From assembly GCF_025526975.1 (NCBI RefSeq), contig NW_026515698.1, positions 124,001 to 188,000 of the forward strand: 64,000 nt of DNA, read 5' to 3'. Made by a program: the position numbers and the translations under genes. Of the stretch, positions 50,145-63,449 are shown piece after piece. The stretch's first letter is position 1. Every line of letters begins with the position of its first letter. Origin of the DNA: Fimicolochytrium jonesii. Lineage: Eukaryota. Under the pieces are notes generated by a model that searched no databases, was not told the origin of the DNA, and saw only the letters and a program-made list of their open reading frames with translations.

Positions 50145-52440
50145 TCAAAAATCCCCATCAAGATCCTCCCACCCCGCCGCCGTCCCGCCCGCACTAGCCC
50201 CACCCCCACTCCCACTCCCGCCCGCGCCGGCACCACCATGACCCCGTTTCGCGGCGGCGGCTTCGACGGCGACTTCGGCGTACAGGTCGAAATCGTCGTC
50301 CGAGTCTGAGGAGGAGGAGTCGGCGGGGTATGGTATTGGCGGTGTTTGGTGGGGTTGCGCGGGGTGGGGATGTGCTAGGCGGTGTGCGGGGGTGATTTTC
50401 GTGGTTGTGGTGGGGCGGGATGGTGCAGAGGTGGAGGGTGTAGGTGGGGCGGAAGCGGACGGCCGTGCTGAATGTGAATGCGAATGCGAATGCTCACCCG
50501 GCGTATGTATCGCCGGGGTCTCATTCCGCGCCGGATGATGTCCCTCGGGGTTCCGCTGCCCCCCGCCAGCTGAATCAACCCGCTGGGGATACATGGCCCC
50601 CATCGCGCCCGTCCCTCCTTCCCCACCGCCATTCGAGTGGGTTGCCCCACGTTTCCAAAACCGCCAGAACCCCTCCCGTCGCGCCAGGCCTCCCTTGGCC
50701 ACATCGTACGAGAACAGGGACAGGGTGCCGTTATCCGAGACCACCGCGACCGTTTCGCGGCGGTGGTGGTGGTCGTGGTGGTCGTTGTGGTGGTCTGCGG
50801 TCGTGGTACCATCACCGGGGGATGATTTTGGTTCGACGAACCCGGCAACGACGCAGCAATTCGTGGTGTCACCGGGCAGATGGAACTGGGCGAAGGAGCG
50901 ATGCTCGGAGAAGTATTTCGGGAGGTAGGGGGAGAGCGGGGCCAGCAACGATGTCGACGTTGCCTGTTGTCGTTTCGAGGATGCGTCGGCGTGATGCCCA
51001 TGGGTGTGTATGTGTGTTTGGGCGGGATGGGGTGGGGATGCGGACTGGGCGGTCTTCCATGACCCGCCTGTTGATGTGGAGGGTGAGGATTCGTTCGTAC
51101 GATGGTGGGGGAAGGTGACTTTTATGGGCATTTGCATGGGTTTGGTTGTGGTTGGGTGGGTCGGTGTGTATTCCATCTCGTGCTGTTGTTGATCACTCGT
51201 ACTCCCAGCAGTGAGTTGGAAAACATGCACAGTCTGTTTATCACTCGCGACACAAACGGCCGTCTCCCTCGCACTAAACGCGATCGTCCATATCCGTGCC
51301 TGATCCACTCCTCTTCGTAGTTCATGCAATAGCAAGGGTGTATGCTGTGTCTCTGGTTCGCCGGGGACGCGGAAGACTCGGATCAGCGTTCCCTTTTCGC
51401 TGGCGGTTGCGAGAAGGGAGCCGCTGGGGGAGAGAGCGAGGCAGGAGATTGGGGTGGAGTGGGCGGGGATGATAGAGGTGCGGGCGGTTGTCGGGTGGAG
51501 GGTTGTGTGGTGGGCTTGGCCGGGGTGGCGGGCGGGGAAGGCGAGGGTTGTGTTTGCTAGGGAGTGGGATTGGGGGGAGAGCTGTGGGGCTGGGGAGAGG
51601 GCGAAGATGCCGTCCGGGTTGGGGCAGGTTTGGAAGGTGTGAAGTTTTGTGGGTGGCGGGGTTAGGGTGTAGACTACGATCTTGTTTGTTAGGACTATTA
51701 TCACGCTATATCCAAATTGGTATGGACGACATTAGCTGAGCCGACGAGGAAAAAAACGGGCAGCATAACTCTTACCAATCCCTCGTAACCCCAACATTCC
51801 TCACACACTCCCTACACTGCACCTCCCACACAAACCGCCCCTCCTTATCATCCCATACCGCAACCCGATGATCGCCCAGCTGCACAACAGCCACGTTCGT
51901 CTCCTCCAACAAGCACACTCTTCGTAACCTCGCCGGTCGACGTCTCGTTATCCCTTCTCCCCCATCCACCCCACCCTCTGACTCGAGTGAAGGTATCTCG
52001 GGACACTTGCGACTAAACAAATGCCTGAACGGCCTTACAGCGTAGACATGCCATGCCGAGTCCTCTGTCTCCCCGCCGCTACCACCGGTCACTGCGAAAT
52101 GCGAATGGGTGTTGTTGACTGTGATGACAGGCGGCGGGGAGGGGTAGGCTGGGATGCTCGAGATGGGGACATCCACCGTCGGCAAAGCTTCCCCGCTTCT
52201 CCGTTTTCCTCCCTTGTCTGGTTTGTTGTGATGGTGGTGGTGGTGGTGGGTATCATTATTCCCACGCTCATTCTGCTTCTGCTGATCATGCTTATGGTGC
52301 CCCCCATGGTGATGCTTGTGGTGGTGGTGGTGGTGTTTTGCTGACGTTTCCGCACCGATTGTTGGCGTGAAGAGTGCGTCGTCTAAAGCTGAAGATAGGG
52401 ATGCTTCCTCGCCCCAGAGGACGTTCACCGGCTCTGACAT
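50145..52440 (-). CDS. PROPPIN WD40 protein (Hsv2/WIPI3-4/Atg18 family)
   Basis: 'IPAHSTPISCLALSPSGSLLATASEKGTLIRVF', phosphoinositide motif 'ELRRGVD', 'SDKQTVHVF' and 'LPKYFS'; intron about 51706-51774; His-rich N-terminus. Confidence 0.9.
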
Positions 52441-52932
52441 TCCTTCGTCTACCTTTTCGTATGCTGAGTGTCCTGTCTATGATTGACTAACTACCGCTGA
52501 AATGCTGCGAAGAAGCGCAAGGACGGCTGCTAGACGGAAGGGAAAAGAAGGGCTCTGCAAGGGTACGGTAGTTCTCAAGCCCTCTCTATGCTACCTGATA
52601 AGCCTTGCTAATGGTTGTACTGTACATACAGTCTGGGTTCAGTTCGTTCTGCGTGGGTGCAAAACGTCACAGGCGGAAACTTCTCACGCGTGACGCACAG
52701 CAGGCTCAGAAAGAGAACGACAGGCGAGGACACGCCAACGAGCAGGCACACCGTCGTCTTGGGGAGCTCGCTTGGAACAAGGAAGGTATGGCAGTACCCA
52801 TTCGATTCGATAAGTTAAACTGAGTCAATGCGTAGCGTGAATAATTACATGCAGCGTGGGGTGCTTCTATCCTATCTACTGTATGTTCGGATGAAGAACC
52901 TTTTCGTTGGAAAGGCCGTACGAAAACGAGTT

Positions 52933-55134
52933 CTACAACTTCAAAAACTGCGCCCGCTCCACCTTTTCCTTTTCCCCCACCTTCCCCCCCTTCTGCACCA
53001 CACTGGCCTTCATTCCCCCTTTCCCCCCCTTCTTCCCCCCCCGCACACCCTCCATCCCCCTCGTCATCTTCGCATCCGCCACAATCGTCACATTCTTCTG
53101 CCCCATCAACTGCTTCAACGCGCTCTGTTTCGCTGCCCCCTGTGCAAGGGCGGTCTGAGGACGTGCAGCGACGACAGCGTCCATCTTGGCTTGGTGGACT
53201 GCCCGTTTCTTGCCGGCTGTTTTGCGGGATTTGTCGCGGAGGCGTTTCTTGTCGCCGGAGGTCAGTTCCGTGTCGCCCTTGACGGCCGTCGTAGGGGCAG
53301 CAAAGACTTCCTGCGGCGCCGCGCGTGATTTGTTCGAAGCGGCGGCGGGCGTAACTTCCTCCATCTCAAGCGCCGCGACATTCGGTAACGGCACAATCAC
53401 GTCCGCGTCCTCCGCAGCAGTCGTCTTGGGCGTGAAATGCCAGTTGGACAGCGCATCCAGATCACGGCACAGCGTCGTAAACAACCCATCAATCTCACTA
53501 TGCTGTTTCGCGAGCGCCTCGTCCTTTTCAGTCGGGATCCCCGGATCACCCTTCGCAGCCGCGTTCCGTCTCGCGTAATCTTCCTCATAAACCTGCGCAA
53601 GCGATTTGCTCGATTTCTCCTCATTGATCTCGATCCGGCGGTTAGGGTCATATTCATTATTCCGATCCCTCGGGGGCGCTTTCCTAACCACATCGTCAAA
53701 CAGCGCGTCTTTGATCCGCTGCTTGATCATGTCTTCCAGTGTCGCCGTGACTTCCTCGGTGATGACAGGCACCGGTTTAGCGGCGTTGTCGAACTCGAGG
53801 TCTTCTTCGAGGAGGGAGTTGATCGGGCGGGATTTGGAGGCTACTTCGCCTTTCAACGCCCAAGTCTTTTCGGCCAAGGCTTCGTGTTCGAGTTCCGCGA
53901 TCTGTTTTTGGAGACGTTCCTGCTGCTTTTCGAAGCGGGAGAGTTCGGCTTCGCCTTGCGTTGCCTCTTCGTCGTTTTCGTCATCGTCTCCGAGCAGATT
54001 CCGGGCAGCACGGCCACCGTCCATCGCACCACCACTTGGGTTGGGCATCTCAAGCACACCCTCACCGCCATCATCAGACATATCCGCGTCCCCAAACGGC
54101 TCATCATCAAAGTCCTTCATGTCATCCCGCGCAGAGGCACCAACCCTCCTGCCCTTCTTCTCCGTAAACCCCTCGCCCCGCTCGCCATGTTTCTCCCTCG
54201 GCCCGAAAAAGTCCTCGTAGCGGATCTCATTCGCGTTGTCTCTATCTTCCAACTCATCGCCATCTTCACCATCATCGTCCCAATTATCGGCGTTGAGGAT
54301 GTCGTCGCCGAAGGTGTACTCATCCTCCTCGGAATCGTCGCCGTCGTTTTCGTTGTCATTGGCTTTACGAGCCTTCTTGTGATCCCGCGATTCGCCGAAA
54401 TCGGCAAACTTTTCCATTTCTTCGAGGGAGAAAAAGTCATCGTCGATTTCAGATTTGCGTTTGAGGGTGGTGGTGCTGCTGTTGGGGCCGTCGCCTTCTT
54501 CCTCAGCGTTCTCTCCTTCAGCGGCAGAGTCATCCTCCATGTCGTCGCCAGCGCCTTCGCCCAACCCATCGGCCCATTCATCATCGTCTTCGGTTTTGTC
54601 CAACCGACCGTTGGTCTCCTCCTCCTCTTCCTCTTCCTCATCCGACACTCCCTCCGAATCCTCATCCTCATCATCATCCCCCTCCTCCAAATCAGCATCC
54701 TCCTCCAAAGCAGCATCCAAGTCATCATACCCGTCCAAGGACATCCCATCCTCAACTCCATCCTCCATCCCCTCCGATTCACCGCCCATCTCCTCCCCCT
54801 TCTTCCCCCACTCCACCCCAACCTGTTCAACCTTCCTCCCCAAATACTCCCCCATTGGCGCATTCTGCAACTGCAGCTGCTCCCACACCTGCTCGGCATC
54901 AAACCCTTCCACCAGCAGTTCCTGTAAAGGTGAGAACTCGTTGGGGAACGGCTCGGCGGTCTTGGCGACGGCGTAGAGGGACTTTGTGATTGTGAGGAGC
55001 GTGTGCGAAAGGGTGGGGGTTGGGCGGAGGAAGCGTTCCGGGTGTGTGAGGATGGGGTCCAGGACGTGTGGGGTGAGGGTTGAGAGGGGCGTGGCGAGGG
55101 GAGGTGGTAGTGGGGGTGTTGTTTTTGTTGGCAT
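52933..55134 (-). CDS. MPP10: U3 snoRNP protein Mpp10 (start M at 55134 preferred; the ORF opens at 55218)
   Basis: 'LQELLVEGFDAEQVWEQLQL', 'DDDFFSLEEMEKF', 'YEDFF', 'WALKGEV...RPINSLLEEDLEFD', 'LEDMIKQRI' and 'LDALSNWHFTPK'. Confidence 0.96.
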   Translation of the reverse strand: MPTKTTPPLPPPLATPLSTLTPHVLDPILTHPERFLRPTPTLSHTLLTITKSLYAVAKTAEPFPNEFSPLQELLVEGFDAEQVWEQLQLQNAPMGEYLGRKVEQVGVEWGKKGEEMGGESEGMEDGVEDGMSLDGYDDLDAALEEDADLEEGDDDEDEDSEGVSDEEEEEEEETNGRLDKTEDDDEWADGLGEGAGDDMEDDSAAEGENAEEEGDGPNSSTTTLKRKSEIDDDFFSLEEMEKFADFGESRDHKKARKANDNENDGDDSEEDEYTFGDDILNADNWDDDGEDGDELEDRDNANEIRYEDFFGPREKHGERGEGFTEKKGRRVGASARDDMKDFDDEPFGDADMSDDGGEGVLEMPNPSGGAMDGGRAARNLLGDDDENDEEATQGEAELSRFEKQQERLQKQIAELEHEALAEKTWALKGEVASKSRPINSLLEEDLEFDNAAKPVPVITEEVTATLEDMIKQRIKDALFDDVVRKAPPRDRNNEYDPNRRIEINEEKSSKSLAQVYEEDYARRNAAAKGDPGIPTEKDEALAKQHSEIDGLFTTLCRDLDALSNWHFTPKTTAAEDADVIVPLPNVAALEMEEVTPAAASNKSRAAPQEVFAAPTTAVKGDTELTSGDKKRLRDKSRKTAGKKRAVHQAKMDAVVAARPQTALAQGAAKQSALKQLMGQKNVTIVADAKMTRGMEGVRGGKKGGKGGMKASVVQKGGKVGEKEKVERAQFLKL

Positions 55135-55595
55135 TTTGGTCGGTTTATCGAGTCCGGCGGGTTTTCCGAGTGAGTTTGTCGGTGTGTTCCTGCTTCTCCG
55201 AGCTGAAGGATATGCCACGGGACAGTGAAAGTGGTTGTCCGTGTGCTGCTTCTCTCGCTTTTCCGTTGATGCTGCTCAAGACGACGCAATGCTTCGTTGT
55301 CGTTGGGGGGAGTTCAAACGGGCTGCAAAAGGGGGTGCAGAGAAGAGGTCGCAGGAAAGCAACGCAAGTCACGTGGGCGCACGCCTCTCGCGCAATTAAA
55401 ATACATCCCTTTTCCGAGTGTTCCTTTCTCCCCCCTTCCTCGTTTTTTCGCACCTGCTGCAACTGCAAACTGCTGAGCAAAAGTACACATATACTACATC
55501 CTCGCCAACGATATCGATAGCCAGCACAGCAACAGAGCAACTAGCACCTCTGAGGACCACCGGAAAACCCAGGTCGACCACTCAACGCACTCACC

Positions 55596-57363
55596 ATGAG
55601 CAAACGGAAACGAGGCTCCGACAACCAACCCGCCGACGAAGCACAACCACCCCGTCCACCGCCAAAGGAAAACTCCTGCAACTTTTGGGTACGTCTATGT
55701 CTATGTTCCCCCTCTCTCATCTCATCATCATCGGTACTCAACGAGCTCCGTCTTCCATTTAGGTCAAAGGAAAACGGAAATACTGTCACCTAGGCGTTGC
55801 GCCCACCCACCTCTTCTGCGGGCAACACGCAGAGTTCGAGGACCGTACCCGTGAGGGGTTTGTCGAGAGGCCGGGGTTTGAGCGGATTCCGTGTCCTTAT
55901 GATAATGGACAGTGAGTGACATACTTAGAACGCGAGGGATTTGGAGACACGAGCGGGTATTGATTGAGGTGATGTCCTTTTCTTTGTAGCAATATTGCAG
56001 CGAAGGATTTACAGAAACATTTGAAGAAATGCAATAAACGGCCAGGTGTCACACCATCTTACTTTGTCGAGAACATCAACGTCGCCATCCCTCCTTCCCC
56101 ATCACCACAACCACCATCAACAATCGCCACAGAACCCACACCAACCCCCCGCTCCCGCCTCCTCGCCCTCCCCCTCCCCGCCTTCGCCGCCCTCTCCCAA
56201 AAAATCTCCTCAATCCACTCCCGCCTCCTCCCGCAGCCCCTGCGCACCCTCATCCTCACCCACCCTTCTATGAGCGACCGCATCGAGCAATCCCACGAGG
56301 GCAAACATGCCGTGCAACAGGCGTCGCTGGTGGGGCATATGGAACGCGCTGGGTTGTTGAAGAAGGGGAATGTGTTTGTGGAGTTTGGGGCGGGGAAGGG
56401 GGAGTTGAGCAGGTATGTGTTTGGGGCGGTGGGGGAAGGGTGTGGGTTTGTGTTGATTGATCGGAGGAATTTTAGGCAGAAGGTATGTACGAGTGGGCAT
56501 GGGCGGATGAGGGCGAGAGCGGTTGCGCAAGCCCAAAGTGGCATGTCAAGCGAGCCCCCATTCGTTCCGCTAGCGAATTGCGAGCATTGCTGTTTCTCTT
56601 CACACCCACGTCCACCCATCCATTCTCCCCATACTCACTCACCCCAATCCCCCCGCAGTACGACGCGATGCTAGACCACGCCCCGAACACCACCCGCCAC
56701 CGGCTCCTCACCGACATCAAAGACCTCTCCCTCCCGCACTACACCCCCGTCACCGACTCCCCCGTCGTCGCAATCTCCAAACACCTCTGCGGCGCCGCCA
56801 CAGATCTCACACTCCGCTGTCTATCCTCCTTCGAATCCGCCACCAAATCGAACCAACAATTAAAAGGCATGGTGATCGCCCTGTGCTGTCACCATAATTG
56901 TTCATGGGAGTGTTACGTCGACCATGGGTTTCTGCAAAAGGTGGGGCTGGACAAGGAGGAGTTTGAGCTGCTGTGTGTGATGAGCAGCTGGGCGACGTGC
57001 GGGACCAAAGAACAACGAGAGGCTGCGGAACTCGAACGTCGGAAAAACACCTCCTCCAACCCCGACTCCGATACCGAATCCGTCGCGGGTGAGGGTAGGA
57101 CATCACCAGCGGCAGACGACGCAGACGCGGAAGAAGCAGAGCACTGGACAGGCCTCCCGTTTTCCGCGCGCGAAACACTGGGGCAGCAATGTAAACGGAT
57201 CCTGGATGTCGGGCGCGCGGCGTACGTGCGCGAGACGATGGGGATGGATGCTGATTTGGTGTATTATATAGAGAGGGAGAATTCGTTGGAGAATGTGGCG
57301 TTGGTTGTTACGCGGAGGGGGGAAGGGGGCGAGGCGGCAGCGACATCGAGTTCCGTAGCGTAG
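55596..57363 (+). CDS. TRM13: tRNA:m4X 2'-O-methyltransferase Trm13
   Basis: Zn fingers 'CNFW|VKGKRKYC...FCGQH' and 'RIPCPYD..H..LQKHLKKCN'; 'KHAVQQASL', 'VEFGAGKGELS', 'SKHLCGAATDLTLRC', 'IALCCHH', 'SSWATCG' and 'SLENVAL'; 3 introns. Confidence 0.95.
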
Positions 57364-57443
57364 AGTAGGAGTAGAGCTCGTTCAGCATCCACTGAATCAA
57401 TTACACATCTCGCGCTCGTCTCTATCTCACTACATCTATTTCG

Positions 57444-59605
57444 CTATTCTGATTCCGCACGCACCAAACCAGACTCCACCCACCCAATCACGACCCGCCT
57501 CACCCTCCTCACCAACACCCGCGCATCAAACGGGAACAACCCCCCTTCACAAGCCTGGTCGAGTCTATCAGCCAGGCATGTCAATATCCGTGCGATGTGG
57601 GGAATATGCTGTTGCTGCCGTGGTGCTGACACCGCGGAAGACGAGGCAAACCGGAGATAGGCCACCAAATAACCGGTAAACCCCGCCCCCGGGTCGTCGT
57701 TGATGATCTGGTCGAGGATATGCAGGGCCGCCGCTTCGGTGTCTCTCGTGGAGCGCGGTTCGTCCGACTCCTCCCCATCGCTCTCGTCGCCTTCTCCACC
57801 GCACGTCAGCGCGATCCATCTCGCAAACACCTCATGCGGGTCGAACTGCGTCCGCACTGCACTCACAAAATGCGGGACGCGCTTCCCCCGGCGTTGCGCA
57901 TCGGTGTTATCGTCATCACAGACAGCGGCATAACTCTCGACGGCAACCCGCAACACCGCGGCCATCATCGCGTCGTTGTCCGCATACATCCGCAGAACCC
58001 CGTCGACGAGGGTAGCGCCCTGCCGCAACCAGTCGGAGAACGCTTCGTCGAGTCCATGCAGGACCCGCCATGCACTGTCGTGCGCGTCGTTTGGTGAGGT
58101 GAGAATGTGGGCGAGGACGGTGAGGAGCGTTAGGATGCTTGTTTTCAGAGGTTCGCGGAGCTGCACGGCCGTCTCGCTACGGGCGGGGAGGACAAACTCG
58201 GTGTAATCCTCACCCAGGGTCCCCCACGCGGTTGGCGGTGCGGTGCGGTGGGAGAAGTGGGTGAGGTATGCCGCCGGGATGTGCAGGAGGGATGTGGTCG
58301 CGGGTTGGTTGTTGGTGGAGGGGGTGGAGAGGACGTGGACGAGGTCGAGGAGTTTGCGGAGTGTGTGTTGATGCGGCGGTATCTCCTTCGGCCCACCATT
58401 CATTGGTGATGGTGCACCCCGTTCGATGAGCCTCACAACCCCATCCCCACTCACAACCCTTACGATCCGTCGCACAACCACCGCCAGCCTCTCCCTATTC
58501 TCATCTACAGATACGGCTGCGGTCTTCGCTACGGCCTGCATAAGCGTGAAGAGCGCCGAGAGGGCCATGTACACCCCGGGTCCCGTTTCCGCTTCTGACA
58601 GTCTGATGAGGTCACCAACGTTTTCTATCCAGGCGGTTTCGGAGAGGGCCGCGATGAGAGCTGTTGCGATGTGTGGGGGTAAGGTGTTGCGGCGGAAGGA
58701 TTTGAGGAGCTTGCAGAGGAGTTCGGTTGTCCAGATTAGTGGGTAAGGGTTTATGGGCGGGTTTGGTGCTGATTGGGAGGGGAGGAGGAGGCGTGTGAGG
58801 GAGGTGAGGAGTTTTGGAAGGTGGGGACGCAGTGAGTGAGGGTCGTCGAGGAAGAGTGCGACGAGGATTTTTTTGGCTGTGAATGCTACGAAGGAGTTTG
58901 GGTGCGATAGTGCGTTTATCTGAGAGTAAGGGAAAGTAAAAGTTAGCACCAGTACATGAAGCTAAGATTCCCCAAATTGAATATGTACAGTACGCACCAA
59001 GGTCGCGACAGCGCCCGGGACCCCATCACCAATCCGCGAATCCAAATGAGTCGAACCTGCTTCGGTCCATTCCAGCCATTCCCAGTCGCCCGCGCTGCAA
59101 CGCCGTTGCCAGTCACACAGACGCCCGAGAAGAGCGTCTTCGTGCGCTTCTTCAACCAACGGTGGCGGTGAATCTCTGCTGTGTCGCTTCATGGCGGGCA
59201 CGCCGGGAACGCCAGAGTATTGAGATAGCCGGCGGAGAGTTCCAGTGTCGTATGATCTAGAGGTACCGCTGTTCAGGGGAACCGTAACGTCCGTTGAGAA
59301 AGCACAGGGAAAGTTGAGGACAAAACGACGACGCCTCCCGCAAGACGTGGGCGTTGGGCCGCCTACTGCACTGTTCGCTGATAAGCATCCTCCGATGAAG
59401 CAGGCCTGCTCCCAGCCCTTCTATGTGGTCGATTCGAACGGTCTCGCCCTGTCTGTCTGGCTGCGGGTGTGAGGGAGGAAGACGGGAGATGCGAATGCCG
59501 TTCTCGGACAACAATTGGGTGTTTCCCCCTTTCGGACACGCCGTCTCGCCTGCCACTAATTATCATACGCGTGCGTGGAGAGGAGGGTCTCGGAGTGTGA
59601 GACAT
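57444..59605 (-). CDS. Protein Lines homolog (Lines_N/Lines_C); 5' exon structure uncertain
   Basis: C-terminal signature 'DPHEVFARW...ILDQIINDD..FTGYLVAYLRF...LTCLADRLDQACEGGLFPFDARVLVRRV' matches the Lines_C pattern (NPHxxF...LLDFL...FLxYLxxYL...LFPY). Confidence 0.7.
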
Positions 59606-59934
59606 TCCGTTGCTGTTTTTTCTCTCGCTCTCTCCATACGCTGACGACGGTATATAATAGCAACGCTGCCTTTGTCTCCTTTTTCTGATTCTTGCTCAAC
59701 CCCCCTCCCCCCTCGGTCCTCTTGCAAGCTACTGTCTCTCGTCCCTCAGCCGTCCTCTTGCCGTTGCGCTCAACTTGTGGAGACGCTCACCGGTTTGTTT
59801 TCCTTGACACCTCCCACCTTACTACGCACTCGAAACACCGTTGGGCGAAAGAGCAAAAACCCTGTCGCACTTGAAGCAGCTAGTGGGGATACTACCTCCT
59901 TACACGCGGCAACCCCGCTCAAAGGGCGACCAAG

Positions 59935-62345
59935 ATGGCATCGCTCTCGGCATGCATCTTGACCAGGACACTGTGTCCTCAACGTCACGCCAGTGCGACA
60001 AAACGGATAGTTTCATATCCGTCGGTGAAATATTTTCGACCAACGCCTTTACAATACCTATTTCGCTGGTATACCTCCGCCGCGCAAGCAACGCAGCCAA
60101 CTGATACACTGTACGAGCGCCGGTCGGCCTACGAAACCTTTGACAAAGTCAACCGCCCAATACCCTCAAACGCAGCGTTCAACCCAAATCCGGCCTCCAC
60201 ACCCACACGTGCCCACCCACCAACCCACATCCACACCCAAACCGACGACCTCGCCGTGATCGCGCACCTCTCCGACATCCCCGCCTCCGCCGCAGCAGCA
60301 GCCGCCGAAAAGGGCGAAGATATAACGTTATCGGAGGAGCAGGAACAATTGCTGGATCTGCTTATGAGCGGCGAGAATGTGTTTTATACCGGACGTGCAG
60401 GGACGGGCAAGACGGTGCTGTTGAGGGAGTTTGTGAAGAGGGCTAGGGAGGCGGGGAAAAATGTTGCTGTTACGAGTGCCACGGGGATCGCCGCGTCGCA
60501 TATCGGCGGACAAACGCTCCACAGCTTCATGTCCCTGCGTCCGGAACACACTACGGAAGACACGAAAACGACCGAAACCACGTGGGCAGAGAAAGCAAGA
60601 AAGGAATCCGAGTTCTACCGCTACATCTCCATGTTTCCCGCCCGCCACCTCCCCTACTCCGAAACCGACATCCTCGTCATCGACGAAGTCTCCATGGTAA
60701 CCCCCGAGGTGCTCGGCCTCCTCGAAAACACGGCCTACATGGTCCGCCGCAAAGCAAAGAAATTCCCTACGCGCGGCATCGGGAGATTGACCGACGCGGA
60801 GTTTTTGGAAGAGCGAAACACGTACCGGTTTGGTGGGATGCAGGTGGTCATGACAGGTGATTTTTACCAGCTGCCGCCTGTCGTTTCCCGACCCACGGAT
60901 TACAAGCTGTTGAACGAAATCAACAAAATGGCGCCATCCGAAAACCTCGGATGCGGCGTGCCGATGTCCCTCAAAGCCCCGGAAAAGCTGCCTGATGCCT
61001 TAGTCGAAGCGGAAACCGAGACTACATGGGAGGCCCTACCCGACCCCGCGAATCCACAGAAGAAGCGGTATCGGCGTCGGGTGCAATACCTGTTTGAGTC
61101 AGTGACGTGGCGTCAACTGCGGACGCATGGGAAGCTGAGGATTGTGGAGCTGCAGACGGTGTTTCGGCAGAAAGAGCCGGAGTTTGTGGAGCTTTTGGAT
61201 AAGATTCGGTTGGGGGTTTATGATGAGAGTGTTGAGAGACGGTTGAGGCCTTGTTGTGGGAGGGAGTGGGCGGATGAAGCGCAGTTTGTACGTATCTTGA
61301 GTTGCTGGAGCACGTTTGCGTATCTCCCGTTTTGGCGTTTGGCAGACGGCGTATCCTAGCGACTTATCCTGCTTACAGAATTGACCGTGTTTCATTCCCC
61401 CCCCAGCCACCTACAATAATAACCGCCTTCCGCCACTCCACCAACACCCACAACGAAGAAAAGCTAGCCGCCCTCCCCGGCCCAACCCACAAATTCGTCG
61501 CTATTGACCTCTTCATGGCCAACGCCGGCTTCACCCCCGACTCCGCCCTCAACCAGCCCACAGAACCGGGCCTCTTCCGGCGTCTCAACCCCTCCCGCAC
61601 CGCCTACACCAAAGAGCAATTCGGGGCCCACTTCAAAACCATTCCGCCAGAAATCGAACTCAAACAAGACGCCCTGGTCGTCCTCACCCGCAACCTCGCC
61701 CCCACCCTAGGCCTCGTGAACGGCGCCCGCGGCGTCGTCGTCCGCTTCATGCACGCCTACGACGACGAAACCCAATCCTGGGAAACCTTACCGGTCGTCA
61801 AACTCGCCTCCACCGGAAAATGCTACCTCATCTCCTACTTCCGCTTCGCCTACAACCTCGACCCCTCCACCGGCTTGACCAGCGGTGCGGGCGAAAGGGG
61901 CTACCTCGTCCGCCGACAGCTCCCCCTGGACCTCGCGTGGGCGTTGACGGTGCATAAAAGTCAGGGGATGACGCTGGATAGGGTTGAGGTGGACTTGCAG
62001 ACGGCGTTTGCGGATGGGCAGGCGTATACGGCGTTAAGTCGGGTCAAGAGTCTTGATGGGCTGCGGTTACGGCATTTTGGGAGGGGGAGTGTGAGGAGTT
62101 GTTGGAGGGTTGAGCAGTTTTATAGGGAGATGCGGAGGGAGAGGGAGAAAGAGGAGGCGGTTAGGAAAGCGGAGGGGAGAAGGAAGGCGTGGATGGAGAG
62201 GGAGAGGGCTTGGAGGGAGAGGCGGGAGCGGAAACAGGGGTATGGATCTGCCAAACAGACGACGTGGGCACCTTCCGGAACGGGAGGGTGGAGGAAGGAG
62301 AGCGATGAGAGCGGGAAGAGGGAGATGGTTGCGACTATGGCGTAG
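59935..62345 (+). CDS. PIF1: PIF1-family 5'-3' DNA helicase with a basic N-terminal presequence-like leader
   Basis: 'NVFYTGRAGTGKT', 'TSATGIAASHIGGQTLHSF', 'IDEVSM', 'FGGMQVVMTGDFYQLPPV', 'VFRQ', 'GLVNGARG', 'RQLPLDLAWALTVHKSQGMTL' and 'GQAYTALSR'; intron 61288-61406. Confidence 0.95.
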
Positions 62346-62718
62346 GGGAGGGTGTGCGACGTTACGCATGGGGCGTGGTGGGGGAACAGAAGTGGAATAC
62401 TGTACGTACTCATGTGGGTATCGGGATGCGGTGACTCTCGCCGCGATGCCTACTTGAGTTCTCTGTACCTGTAGGGACGCCCAGCAGATGTATTTTTTGG
62501 TACATAGTCGTGCTTTATCAGATTTCATGTATATAGCTTTTGTGTTTTGTGCGCCAATACAGTCGACACACTCTGATTGACTGCCGTCTTATTCGGCCGG
62601 GTATTTTTTCATGACATTATAAGGTCGCAACTTCACACGACCCGTAACAGATGCCCCCATTGCTGTAAACTAAGACCTCGGCGATCGCAGGATATCCTCA
62701 CCTCTGATCCCAACCTCC

Positions 62719-63449
62719 CTAAACCTCCACCCCCTCATACGTACATCCCAACTGCCCAACCCTCACCAACCCACCCACATCCAACCCCAACCCCTCCGCC
62801 TTCCCCCTCAACTCCCCAATCCTCTCCTCACTCACAACCTGTTCCCTCGTAAACAGCCACAGCCCCGGATTGAAAAACGGTAGACATTTCCCGTTAGACG
62901 GCCGGGTGGGCGAGCCGGTTGTTATTATGGCCCAGGTGTATGTTGAGTTTGTGTCTTCGGAGGTGGAAGAGGAAGTTGCGTTGTTCCCGGCAGCGACCAC
63001 CCAGTAGTCTCCGTAGAGGAATCGCGGGAGGAAGGTGGGCCCGACTTTGAGTTTGGATTGCGTTGAGGTGAGGGCGGCGTTTAGGTGGGTGTCTTTTTTT
63101 GGGCCGTTGATGGTCTTTTGGTTGGCGTAGTTGTATACATCAACTGAACGGGGGATCCATCTTTCATTGGTGACTTGACCCAGGAATTTTTACGATGATG
63201 CTCTTCAGCCTACTCACCCAAATCCCCACCCTTCCTCGTATACTTTGCCCGCACACAAAACAGCTCATCGACAGGCTGGTACGACACCGGCAGCTGTTCC
63301 TGCACGAACCACGGCGCGGAGATGTAGGATTCCAGGTCGAAGTTGGGCGCGCTGTCGAAGCCTTTGGGTGGGCAGTTGAAGAGGGATGATGGGGCGGCGG
63401 CGGCGAGGGAGGAGAGGGAGAGGGTTAGGAGGGGCAGTGTGAGGTGCAT
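62719..63449 (-). CDS. Secreted lipocalin-like protein
   Basis: Signal peptide; 'NFDLESYISAPWFVQEQ', 'FCVRAKY', 'SKLKVGPTFLP..LYGDYWVV', 'YTWAII' and 'GLWLFTR...LGLDV..L..V.Q.GC.Y'; one intron at about 63145-63217. Confidence 0.8.

Noticed and set aside
53437..54927. 496-aa + strand ORF, and many similar antisense or alternate-frame ORFs (e.g. 7351-8352, 9214-10161, 54117-55289)
   Set aside because: Shadows of real genes caused by high GC and skewed codon use; no protein motifs.
59935..62345. PIF1 as a Helitron helicase
   Set aside because: No HUH Rep domain; it has a presequence-like leader and sits among housekeeping genes, so it is the cellular PIF1.
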